In this document: positions 49,942-59,550 of the stretch, piece after piece
Position numbering within the stretch: the first letter of the stretch is position 1
Layout of the letters: each line of letters begins with the position of its first letter
Assembly (NCBI GenBank): GCA_963740355.1
Contig: CAVUDW010000002.1
Coordinates: forward strand, 192,001 to 256,000
DNA: 64,000 nucleotides
From: an uncultured Gemmatimonadaceae bacterium
GTDB lineage: Bacteria; Gemmatimonadota; Gemmatimonadetes; Gemmatimonadales; Gemmatimonadaceae
Direction: 5' to 3'
Notes under the pieces: model-generated
What the model was told of the DNA's origin: nothing
The model's input: only the letters and a program-made list of their open reading frames with translations
The model's database searches: none
Translations under genes and position numbers: made by a program

Positions 49942-51273
49942 ATGCGATTCACTGTTCGAGAACTTCGTACGCTCACCGACCGCATCGCCGTCGCCGGCGC
50001 CGTGCTGTCGGTGTTGCATGGCCCGCTCGCAGCGCAAGGCGCGCCGCCAGCGTCGGCCATCACACGTGGCCCTGCCTTCACACTGGCGGATGCCGCGGCA
50101 CTGGCGCGTTCGAACCATCCGCTGCTGTCTGCAGCAGGGGGGCGGCGTCGGTCAGTGACAGGCACCGCGCGCCAGGAGGCCGCACTCCAGAATCCCACGC
50201 TCGAGTGGCGCAAGGAGAATCTTGGTAGTCCATTGGCGCGCGACGAATTCCTGACCGCCGGACTTCCCGTCGATCTCTACGGCCGCCGACTGGCATTGCG
50301 CTCAGCGAGCGGCTTCACCGCGAAGCGCGCGCTGGCTGATTCCTCCACCACCGCGCGTCAGGTGGAGTATGACGTCGCCCGTGCCTATTGGCGCACAGCG
50401 CTCGCGATGGCGCTCCACGACGGTGCCGTGGTGCAGCGCCTGGCGGTGGACACGATCGCACGCATCGAATCGGATCGCGCCAGGCAGGGAGCGGTGCCCG
50501 CGGGTGCGGCCCTGCGGGCACGGCTCGAGGCCGACCGCGCACGACTCCTCGAAGCCAGCGCGAGGGCGGAGCTGGAACGCGCGCGCGGTGACCTCGCGCG
50601 CGCGCTCGCACTGCCCATCGACAGCGTCCCGCAACCCACCGAGTTGCTGCGCGTTGATGCCGGTACCGGGATTCCTTCACGTGACGCACTGCTGGTGGTC
50701 GCCCGTGCGCGTCGCTCCGATCTGCTCGCGGCTCGTGCACGTGTCGACGAAGCCTCGAAGCGCCAGCTGGCCGAGCGCCTTGGGACGCTGCCTGCCCTCG
50801 GGGTGCAAGTCGGCAGCAAGCGCACCTCCGGCTACCAGACCGGCACCGTGCAGATTGGCGTCGCGATTCCGTTTCTCGATCGCAATGGTGGCAATCGTGA
50901 GCGGGCGCGCGGCGATGTGCTGATCGCAGCAGGTGACCTGCGCGCCGTCGAGTCGGCGGTAGATGCTGAAGTCACCTCCGCGCTGCGCGCCTATTCCACG
51001 CTCCTCGAGGAATACGAGCGCAACACCGGCGCCGATGGGGATGGCGTTCGCGATCTCGAGACACGCGGCGCCACCGTGGCGGCCATTGCGGCCACGGCCT
51101 ATCGCGAAGGGGCGATCCAGCTCTTCGAATTGCTCGATGCCGAACGTGTGCGCGCCGAGGTTCGTGCTGCCGCGTTGCGTGCCGCCGCCGATGTACACCT
51201 GGCACGACTTGACCTGCTTCGCGCGCTCGGCTTGCCGATAGACAGCGCACGATTTCTTCCGACCGCGCAATGA
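49942..51273 (+). CDS. TolC/CzcC-type outer-membrane factor
   Basis: Signal peptide, helical repeats, AYREGAIQLFELLDAER; first gene of the RND trio. Confidence 0.85.
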   Translation: MRFTVRELRTLTDRIAVAGAVLSVLHGPLAAQGAPPASAITRGPAFTLADAAALARSNHPLLSAAGGRRRSVTGTARQEAALQNPTLEWRKENLGSPLARDEFLTAGLPVDLYGRRLALRSASGFTAKRALADSSTTARQVEYDVARAYWRTALAMALHDGAVVQRLAVDTIARIESDRARQGAVPAGAALRARLEADRARLLEASARAELERARGDLARALALPIDSVPQPTELLRVDAGTGIPSRDALLVVARARRSDLLAARARVDEASKRQLAERLGTLPALGVQVGSKRTSGYQTGTVQIGVAIPFLDRNGGNRERARGDVLIAAGDLRAVESAVDAEVTSALRAYSTLLEEYERNTGADGDGVRDLETRGATVAAIAATAYREGAIQLFELLDAERVRAEVRAAALRAAADVHLARLDLLRALGLPIDSARFLPTAQ

Positions 51274-52529
51274 TCATGGCTTCCACAATTTCCCTTCGCG
51301 CCGCATGCGCCACGCTGACCGTGTTTGGTGGGGCATGCCTCATCGCTGCCTGCGGCGGCAGTGACAAGGCGGCCGCGGCGACCGCCGCCACCGCCGCGCC
51401 GGCGACACCACCCCGCGACACGGCCTTCCTCACCACCGAGGCGTTGTCGGTTGCCGGTGTCACTATCGCGCCGGCCTCGCGTGTGGCGTGGCGTGACGTG
51501 TGGCAGCTGCCGGCACGCCTGGTGCTGGATCCGACATCGACGCAGTCGCTTGGTTCGATCGTCGAGGGGCGTGTGACACAAGTGCGGGCGCAACCAGGCG
51601 ATCGGGTGCGACGCGGCCAGGTGCTGGTCACGATTCACAGTCACGAGCTGACGTCCGCCAGCAATGAATTGGCGCAGGCGTCGGCAGGCCGCGCCGAGGC
51701 AGACAACGCAGCTCAACTGGCGGCCACTGCGGCGGCCCGCGCGGAACGGCTGTATGCAGCGCAGGCGGGTTCCCTGGCCGATCTCGAACGCGCGCGCGCC
51801 GCACGCACCGCGGCCGAGGCGGGGCAGCGTCGTGCCGCCGCCGAGTATTTGCGTGCGCATGAAATGGTTTCGCACCTGAGGCCACCGGGTGCCCTGCAGG
51901 CCGGCATCGATCCGGAAGATGTGCTCGTGCGTGCGCCGTTCGATGGCGTGGTGGTCGCGCGTGACGTGGCGCCCGGCGCCGTCGTGACGCCCGGTGCACC
52001 ACTGGTCACCGTCAGTCGTACCGGCTCGATCCTGCTTGCGCTTCGTGTGCCGGAAGCGGCGCTCGGTGCCGCAAAGCTCGGCTCCGATGTGCAGTTCGCC
52101 GTGCCTGCCTTCCCAGGCCGTACGTTCACCGCCCGCGTGACCCGTGTGTCGCCGACGCTCGATTCACTCTCGCGTACCGCCGAGGTGTTCGCCGCCGTCG
52201 ACAATCGCAGTGGGGAGTTGCGTGGCGAGATGACGGCGGCAGCGGAAGTGTTCGGGCCGGCGCGTGACAGCGTGACCGCGGTGCCGATCGGCGCCATTCA
52301 GGATTTCGAAGGCGACACGGTGGTCGTCACCGGCGTGAAACGCGATGGCGGCATGCTGCTCGAAGCCGTTCGCGTGCGTGTGGGTCGCCGTGCGGCGGGG
52401 ATGGCAGAACTGAAGGCCGGACTACCGACCGGTGCGACAGTCGTGGGCACTGGCGCCGCAGTCGCGAAGGCCGAAGTCCTGCGGCAGCGCGACACACGTG
52501 CCGCCAACGCCGAAGGCACGCCGCAGTGA
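51270..52529 (+). CDS. RND membrane-fusion protein (CzcB-like lipoprotein)
   Basis: LIAAC lipobox, GDRVRRGQVL, VRAPFDGVV, FPGRTF. Confidence 0.88.
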   Translation: MIMASTISLRAACATLTVFGGACLIAACGGSDKAAAATAATAAPATPPRDTAFLTTEALSVAGVTIAPASRVAWRDVWQLPARLVLDPTSTQSLGSIVEGRVTQVRAQPGDRVRRGQVLVTIHSHELTSASNELAQASAGRAEADNAAQLAATAAARAERLYAAQAGSLADLERARAARTAAEAGQRRAAAEYLRAHEMVSHLRPPGALQAGIDPEDVLVRAPFDGVVVARDVAPGAVVTPGAPLVTVSRTGSILLALRVPEAALGAAKLGSDVQFAVPAFPGRTFTARVTRVSPTLDSLSRTAEVFAAVDNRSGELRGEMTAAAEVFGPARDSVTAVPIGAIQDFEGDTVVVTGVKRDGGMLLEAVRVRVGRRAAGMAELKAGLPTGATVVGTGAAVAKAEVLRQRDTRAANAEGTPQ

Positions 52530-55500
52530 AGCGCCTCATCGAGTTTGCACTCAAACAGCGCGGAGCCGTCACGCTCGGCGTTGGTGCACTGCTGCTGTTC
52601 GGACTCTTCTCACTGTCACGCATTCCGTTCGACGCATTTCCCGACCTGACCGGCGTGCGTGTCGATGTTGCGACTTCGGCACCGGGACTGGCTCCAGAAG
52701 AAGTCGAACAGCTGGTGACGTACCCGCTCGAATCAGCGCTGATGGGTTTGCCCGGAGTCACCGGAGTTCGATCGGTGTCGAAGTCGGGCCTCGCGTTGAT
52801 CACGGTGCCCTTCCCCGACGGCACGGACATCTACTTCGCGCGCACGCTGGTGCAGCAGACGCCTGGCTGAAGCGAAGGGTGCGCTGCCACCCGGCGTCGA
52901 GCCGCAGATGGGACCCGTCTCCACGCCGATGGGTGAGCTGTACCAGTACACGGTGACCAGCGACTCCATGTCGCTGAGCGAGCTGAAGGCCCTTCACGAC
53001 TACACCATTCGCCCGCGCCTGCGCACTGTCGCCGGCGTCAGTGATGTGAATTCATGGGGCGGCCGCATCGAGCAGGTGCAGGTCGTGGTCGACCCGGCGC
53101 GCCTCGCCGCGCGTAACCTCACCCTGGCCGATGTGCATGCCGCGCTGGCCTCGAACAACCTGTCATTCGGCGGCGCGTACCTCGAGAACGAGGGTACCCG
53201 CTACACCGTGCGCGGCGTGGGCCGGCTGACGCAGCCCTCACGAGATCCTGCAGGTCGCGATCGCATCGCCCGGCGGTGTGCCAGTGCGCGTCGGTGACGT
53301 GGCCGAGGTGGTGGACGGTGGCATGCCGCGCTTCGGCGCCGTGACGGAAAACGGCACGCATGAAGTGGTCGCCGGCATGGTGCTGAAGCTGAAGGGTGAA
53401 GACTCGAAGAAGGTGATCGACGCCGTGCTGGTGCGACTGAACGAGATTCGCGCCGCGCTTCCGAAGCATGTGAAGATCACGCCGTTCTACGACCAGACGG
53501 AACTGGTTGGCCGCACCACACACACGATCACCAAGAACCTGATCGAGGGCGGCTTGCTGGTGATCGTGGTGCTGTTCGCGTTCCTCCGCAACGTGCGCGC
53601 ATCGTTGATCGTCGCGTCGGTGATCCCGTTGTCGATGCTGGTGGCCTTCGGTGGCATGTACCTCTTCGGGTATTCGGCCAACCTGATGTCGCTCGGCGCA
53701 CTGGACTTCGGCCTGATCGTCGACGGAGCGATCGTGATGGTCGAGAACTTCGTCCATCGACTCGAAAAGGCTGAGCACGACAGCGGCCACGACGTGACTG
53801 GCCACGCGAGTCGCTTTGCGCTGTTCCGTGATGCAGCGATCGAGGTCGGCCGACCGATCCTCTTCGGCATCGCCATCATCGTTGCCGTCTACATCCCGAT
53901 CTTCGCGCTGGAAGGCATGGAAGGTCGGATGTTCAAGCCGATGGCGTTCACGGTGGTGTGCGCGGTGCTCGGCTCACTGCTGCTGGCGTTGGTCTACGTG
54001 CCGGCGGTCTCGTTGACGCTGCTGAAGCACGTCCACGCAAAGCCGCTGGCGGCCGAGGAGAAGCTGCGCGACCGATACGCGCGCCTGCTCGGCTGGACAT
54101 TCCAGCACGGAAAGCCAATCGTGATCACGGCAATCGTGATGGTGATCGTCTCGGTGGCGTCGCTGTCACACATCGGCAGCGAGTTCATGCCGAAGCTCGA
54201 TGAAGGTGCCATCCTGATCAACACCCGTCGGACACCGAGTGTCTCGCTGGCTGATGCCACCACGCTCTCCCTGCAGGCGGAAAAGGTGGTGAAGAAGTTT
54301 CCCGAGGTGTTGACCGTCGTGACCAAGGAAGGGCGTCCCGATCTCGCCACCGAGGCGATGGGACTGTACGAAGGTGACCTCTACGTCATCCTCAAGCCGC
54401 GTGACGAATGGACCACCGCGAAGAATCCTGAAGGCCTCGTCGCAGCCTTCGATTCGGCGCTGAAGGCGGTGCCAGGGCTGTGGGTGTCGTTCACGCAGCC
54501 GCTCGCCATGCGCCTCGACGAAGCGGAGAGCGGTATCCGCACCGATCTGGGTATCAAGGTCGTGGGCCCAGACCTCGAGAAGAATGGCCAGATCGCGGCG
54601 CGCATTCGGCGCGTGCTGGCCTCGACGGCGGGCAGTGCGGACGTGGCCGTTGAAGTGAGCGAAGGGACCGGCCAGGTGAAGGTCACGCCGCGGCGTGATG
54701 CGCTGGCGCAGTACGGCTTGTCGGTGGCGGATGTGCGTGACGCGGTGAACCTCTCGCTCGGCGCCGAGACCGCGACCGAAATCGTGAAAGGCCCGCGACG
54801 CATTGGTGTGGCCGTGCGTTATCCCGACGCGCAGCGCAACGACCTCACCGCACTCTCGCGGCTCACCGTACGATCGTCGCAGGGCGCGCTGGTGCCGTTG
54901 TCATCGGTGGCCGACGTGGAGCCGGGCACGGGACCAGAGCTGATCGGTCATGAGGATGCGCAGCGTCGCACACTCGTGCTCTCCAACGTGCGTGGTCGCG
55001 ACCTGGGTGGATTCGTGGCCGAAGTTCAGGCTCGCGTCGCCCGCGACATCGAACTGCCCGCCGGGACGTTCCTCGAGTGGGGTGGGCAGTTCGAGAACCA
55101 GCAACGCGCCATGAAGCGCCTGAAGTTGGTGGTGCCCGTGGCGTTGCTGCTGATCGTGGGCCTGCTCTATGCGTCGTTCCGCAATGGATGGTTGACGGCG
55201 CTGATCCTGACCAACGTGCCGTTCGCGCTCGTCGGAGGCGTCGCCGCACTCTGGATCCGTGGGCTCAACCTCAGTCTCTCGGCCAGCGTCGGTTTCATCG
55301 CGCTGTTCGGCATTGCCGTGCTGAATGGCGTGGTGCTGATCTCAGCCATCAATGCACTGCGGGCGTCGGGCAAGAGTGTCGATGAAGCGGTGCGCCTCGG
55401 CGCCGCTGACCGCTTGCGGCCGGTGATCATGACCGCGCTGGTGGCGAGCCTTGGGTTCGTGCCGATGGCGCTGTCGACCTCACCGGGCAGCGAAGTGCAG

Positions 55501-55662
55501 CGACCGCTGGCCAGCGTCGTCATCGGCGGGCTGGTGACGTCCACGGCACTCACCCTGTTCGTGCTGCCACTGCTCTACCGTGCGCTTGGCCTGTGGCGCG
55601 AGAAGAAGGTGCCACAAGCCCGCCGTGCGCCGGCCGTCGCGGCCTCGCCGCTGACGACCTGA
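52526..55662 (+). pseudogene. CzcA/CusA-family heavy-metal RND transporter with two +1 frameshifts (pseudogene or sequencing error)
   Basis: Three consecutive ORF pieces. Removing one base at about 52859 and one at about 53240 restores a 1044-aa frame. TM4 motif LGALDFGLIVDGAIVMVEN; RLRPVIMTA. Confidence 0.85.
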
Positions 55663-55750
55663 GGATCGGCCGCTGGTGGATCGGCCGCGTGCGTGCCTCC
55701 GGTGCCTTGTCCGGCAGGCGCGCTCGACGGCCGATGTGATGCGAGGAGCG

Positions 55751-56299
55751 TTATGGCGTCGGCCGGTCCTTGACCACCGCCCAGGTGGGGCATTGCGGCG
55801 TCGGACCGCGCTGTGGGGCGGATTCGGCGTGGGTCAGCGTGTCACTGACCGCCATCACTTCGAGATCAAAGACGAGCTCGGCACGCTCCGGAATCACCGG
55901 CGGCCGGCCAGACTCGCCGTAGGCGAGGGGATACGGGATGAACAGGCGCCGCTGGCCACCCACCTTCATCCCGTCGAAGCCAAGGTCCCAGCCCGCGATC
56001 ACACGCCTGACGCCCAGCGGAAAGCCGATCGGTGTGCGCGGGGTCCCATTCGGCATCGTGTCGCGCGACGAATCGAATTTCGTGCCGTTGCGGAGCCACC
56101 CCGTGTAGTGCACGAAGACGCACTGGCGTGGCCCGACGGCCGCGCCGGTGCCGGGCACCACGTCGATGAACTTGAGCGCGAGAATGATCTGCTCCTTGCC
56201 AGCCACCGCAGGAATGGGGCTGGGTGGGCTGACAGGGATCTGTTTTGTGTGGCACGCGCCGAGCGCGACCGTACTGGCTAGAACGAGGGGAATCCGCAT
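55751..56299 (-). CDS. FKBP-type peptidyl-prolyl isomerase (lipoprotein)
   Basis: ALGAC lipobox; VHYTGWL..GTKFDSS, VIAGWD, IPYPLAYG. Confidence 0.92.
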   Translation of the reverse strand: MRIPLVLASTVALGACHTKQIPVSPPSPIPAVAGKEQIILALKFIDVVPGTGAAVGPRQCVFVHYTGWLRNGTKFDSSRDTMPNGTPRTPIGFPLGVRRVIAGWDLGFDGMKVGGQRRLFIPYPLAYGESGRPPVIPERAELVFDLEVMAVSDTLTHAESAPQRGPTPQCPTWAVVKDRPTP

Positions 56300-56526
56300 C
56301 GGGGCCAACGTAGACGGTCACTGACACAGCGTCCATGCCAGAGGACAATCACGACGCACGGTCGCGAGCACCGATCCCATCCGTTTCACATGGCGATTGT
56401 CTCGTGAGCGCCGCCTCTGCGAAAATGGGACGTCTCCATGGCTCCGGTCGTCATACCATCGAGAAGCGGGCCCAGCGCTCCGCGATTTCGATTGCCAAGT
56501 AAGTTGCCGCTTCCCTTTCCGACACG

Positions 56527-57405
56527 ATGACGACGCCGACCCTGGTGGACGCGCCGGCCACTGGCGTGCTGCACGACTTGAAGGAAGTCGTGCATGACAT
56601 CCGACATTCCCGCGGCCTGATCTACCAGCTCACGCTGCGCGATATCCGCGTCCGCTACAAGCAGGCGCTGATGGGCTTCGCGTGGGCGATCCTGTCGCCA
56701 CTGCTGATCGTGGCGGCTGGCGTGGTGGTGCGCGTCGCGCTGCTGCACATGGCAGGACAGCGCTTCGAGATTGCCACGGCCACCGCGATCATAGTGAAAG
56801 GTCTGGCCTGGGGCTTCTTCGCCGCCGCGATCGGCTTCGCGACCTCGGCGCTGACCGGCAATGCGCCGCTGATCTCCAAGGTCTACTTCCCGCGCGAAAC
56901 ACTCCCGCTCTCGGTCATCCTCGCGTCGACCTTCGATTCGATGATCGGCATCGTCGCGATGTCGGTGGCGTTGCCATTCTTCGGCTGGCGCCCGCACTGG
57001 GCCGTGCTCTGGGCGCCGCTGCTGGCGCTGGTGCTCTTCACGTTCACACTGGCGTCCGGCCTGCTCATCAGCTGTGCCAACCTGTTCTACCGCGACGTGA
57101 AGTACATCACACAGCTGCTGGTCACCTTCGGCATCTTCTTTACGCCGGTGTTTTACGAACCGAGCGTGCTCGGCGGAAAGTGGATCGCCTGGCAGATGCT
57201 CAATCCGCTGTCGCCGATTCTCGAGGGGCTTCGCCTGTCGGTGGTGGATGGCCACAACCTGCTCACCACATTGACGCAGGCGGACGGCAGCGTGATCTGG
57301 AGCCCGATGTATCTCGCGTACAGCATGGTGTGGGCGTTTGGTGGGCTGGTCGTGAGCGCCCTCATCTTCCATCGCGCACAGTTCCGCTTCGCGGAGTACG
57401 TCTGA
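56527..57405 (+). CDS. wzm: ABC-2 polysaccharide exporter permease (Wzm/TagG/KpsM type)
   Basis: RDIRVRYKQALMGFAWAILSPL, LISKVYFPRE, YRDV, TPVFY, LNP, FAEYV. Confidence 0.9.
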   Translation: MTTPTLVDAPATGVLHDLKEVVHDIRHSRGLIYQLTLRDIRVRYKQALMGFAWAILSPLLIVAAGVVVRVALLHMAGQRFEIATATAIIVKGLAWGFFAAAIGFATSALTGNAPLISKVYFPRETLPLSVILASTFDSMIGIVAMSVALPFFGWRPHWAVLWAPLLALVLFTFTLASGLLISCANLFYRDVKYITQLLVTFGIFFTPVFYEPSVLGGKWIAWQMLNPLSPILEGLRLSVVDGHNLLTTLTQADGSVIWSPMYLAYSMVWAFGGLVVSALIFHRAQFRFAEYV

Positions 57406-58619
57406 TGGCAGGTGTGACACCAGGAATTCAGTTCGATGGTGTGTGGAAGAAGTTCCGGCGCGGGGAAGTGCACGACTCGTTGCGCGACCTCATTCCAGCG
57501 CTCGCGCGCCGCATGGTCGGTGGCGGCCGCACCGCACCGGAGCTCGCCCGCGATGAATTCTGGGCGCTGCATGATGTGTCGTTTCGCGTTGAACCGGGGC
57601 AGACGCTCGGCGTGATCGGCCACAACGGCGCCGGCAAGTCCACGATCCTGAAGATTCTCACGCGCATCCTCCGGCCGTCGAAAGGCGCCTATGTGGTGCG
57701 CGGTCGCATCGGCGCACTGATCGAGGTGGCAGCGGGATTCCATCCCGATCTCACCGGTCGCGAGAACATCTTCCTGCAGGGCGCGATCATGGGCATGGGG
57801 CGCACGCAGACCCAGCGCAAGCTGGACGAGATCATCGCGTTCTCCGAGATCGAGCAGTTCATCGACACGCCGGTGAAGCGCTACTCGTCGGGCATGAATG
57901 CGCGGCTTGGGTTCTCGGTCGCGGCGCATCTCGATCCGGACGTGCTGATCATCGACGAAGTGCTCGCCGTCGGTGACTACGCGTTCCAGCGCAAGGCGTT
58001 CGGGCGCATCCGAGAGCTCGCTGGCAGCGGCATGCCGGTGGTCGTCGTATCACACCAACTGGATCGGATCGCCGAGCTGTGCACCGATGCCATCCTGTTG
58101 TCACACGGCACGATGGTGGCACAGGGCACGCCGGCCGACGTGATCGGAGCGTACATGCGCGGCGATGGCATGACGGGGAAGCAACTGGCCGACGATTCGC
58201 CCGTGTCTCTCACCTCGGCCGAACTGCTGGATGGCAACGAGGTCCGTTCTGGTGGCGCCATTCGGATCCGGGTAAGTGGGCAGACGCTCGGTCCCATCGG
58301 GCAGCATGTGGAGCCTGTCGGTGTGATCGTGCGCAGCGCGCAGACCGGTGAGATCATCTACGCCACCGGCAGTTCGATTCATAACCTCGACTTTGGCCGC
58401 GGCTCGTTCACGCTCGATGTCGAGTTGCAGATGAACGTGCAGCCCGGCATCTACCTCGCCGATATCGGTGTCTGGGATCGCGCCGACGAAAAGCAGCTGG
58501 CTGCTGGCCCGAGCCTGAACATTCGTGTGACAGAAGGCAGCCTGTTCCTCGGCCCGATCAACCTCAACGGCAGCATGGAAATGTTGCAGGCAGAGGCCCG
58601 CGTGAGGCTCGAGGGGTGA
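57405..58619 (+). CDS. wzt: ABC polysaccharide exporter ATPase with a C-terminal Wzt_C-like domain
   Basis: ATG overlaps the wzm stop; FWALHDVSF, GHNGAGKST, GFHPDLTGREN, YSSGM, IDEVLAVGD; beta-rich C-terminal extension. Confidence 0.92.
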   Translation: MAGVTPGIQFDGVWKKFRRGEVHDSLRDLIPALARRMVGGGRTAPELARDEFWALHDVSFRVEPGQTLGVIGHNGAGKSTILKILTRILRPSKGAYVVRGRIGALIEVAAGFHPDLTGRENIFLQGAIMGMGRTQTQRKLDEIIAFSEIEQFIDTPVKRYSSGMNARLGFSVAAHLDPDVLIIDEVLAVGDYAFQRKAFGRIRELAGSGMPVVVVSHQLDRIAELCTDAILLSHGTMVAQGTPADVIGAYMRGDGMTGKQLADDSPVSLTSAELLDGNEVRSGGAIRIRVSGQTLGPIGQHVEPVGVIVRSAQTGEIIYATGSSIHNLDFGRGSFTLDVELQMNVQPGIYLADIGVWDRADEKQLAAGPSLNIRVTEGSLFLGPINLNGSMEMLQAEARVRLEG

Positions 58620-59365
58620 TCGCCGTGCCGTCGGTTGCTCCGGCGGACGGTGTCACTGTCACCCTGCTCCGTCTGCCCGAGGTGCCCGCGACCGCTGACT
58701 TCGCCCTGCTCTCGACGGTCGAGCGCGAGCGGGCAGCGCGCTTTCAGTTCGAGCGCGATCAGGCGTCGTTCGTCACCACGCGCGCCGCATTGCGCCGCCT
58801 GCTGGGCGCCGCCATTGGATGCGAGCCCGCACAGGTCCGGATTGGCGTCGGCGAATACGACCGACCGATGCTCGCGCCGGACCACGCGGCTTCGCTGGAC
58901 TTCAATGTCTCGCATTCCGGCCGTTTGGCTGCCATCGCGCTCTCGTCGGCGGTCCGCGTTGGCGTCGATGTCGAATGGCATGCGCGCAAGCGGTCACTGC
59001 GCGAACTGGTGCCGCAGGTGATGGGGCGCGCCGAGCGTGAACTACTCGATGGCCTGGAAGACCCTGCACTCTTCGAGCGCGCGTTTTACGCCTGCTGGAC
59101 GCGAAAGGAAGCCATCGTGAAAGGCATCGGTGTCGGTATTTCCCACCCGCTGACATCGATCGACGTTCCTGTCGTGCCCGCTGACAATGTCGTGATCGTC
59201 GACGGTACGCCGCCATCGCCGTGGTACTTGGTGACTGACGAGCCGATCGCGGGCTACACCGTATCGGTCGCGCTCGCTGGAACGAGTGGTCTGGTCAGAA
59301 TTTCCCTGTTCGAAAACACCGCGTGTGCCGAGCTCGGCGAAGAATCGGGTCGTGATGCTGTCTGA
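58616..59365 (+). CDS. Sfp-type 4'-phosphopantetheinyl transferase
   Basis: FNVSHSG, VGVDVE, WTRKEAIVKGIGVG; GTG overlaps the wzt stop. Confidence 0.93.
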   Translation: MIAVPSVAPADGVTVTLLRLPEVPATADFALLSTVERERAARFQFERDQASFVTTRAALRRLLGAAIGCEPAQVRIGVGEYDRPMLAPDHAASLDFNVSHSGRLAAIALSSAVRVGVDVEWHARKRSLRELVPQVMGRAERELLDGLEDPALFERAFYACWTRKEAIVKGIGVGISHPLTSIDVPVVPADNVVIVDGTPPSPWYLVTDEPIAGYTVSVALAGTSGLVRISLFENTACAELGEESGRDAV

Positions 59366-59550
59366 TGCATCGCCTCGCCTCGACGGCGTGCGTAGATTGC
59401 GAATCCATTCTCCACTGGCGTCGGCGTTGTGAAACACCGACGCGACGTGGTGGGCAGAATCGATCATGTTGCAGCGGCGGTCTCCAGTGAGCCCGCTGCC
59501 TTTGTGTTGGGCGTCGTCCGACGTCGGATCATGAACGAATCCGGGTTCCA

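Noticed and set aside
52850..53245. Programmed ribosomal frameshifting in the RND gene
   Set aside because: No slippery heptamer or homopolymer is present at either site.
56682..57404. 241-aa N-terminal extension of Wzt
   Set aside because: It is an alternative frame inside wzm; the real ATG at 57405 overlaps the wzm stop.
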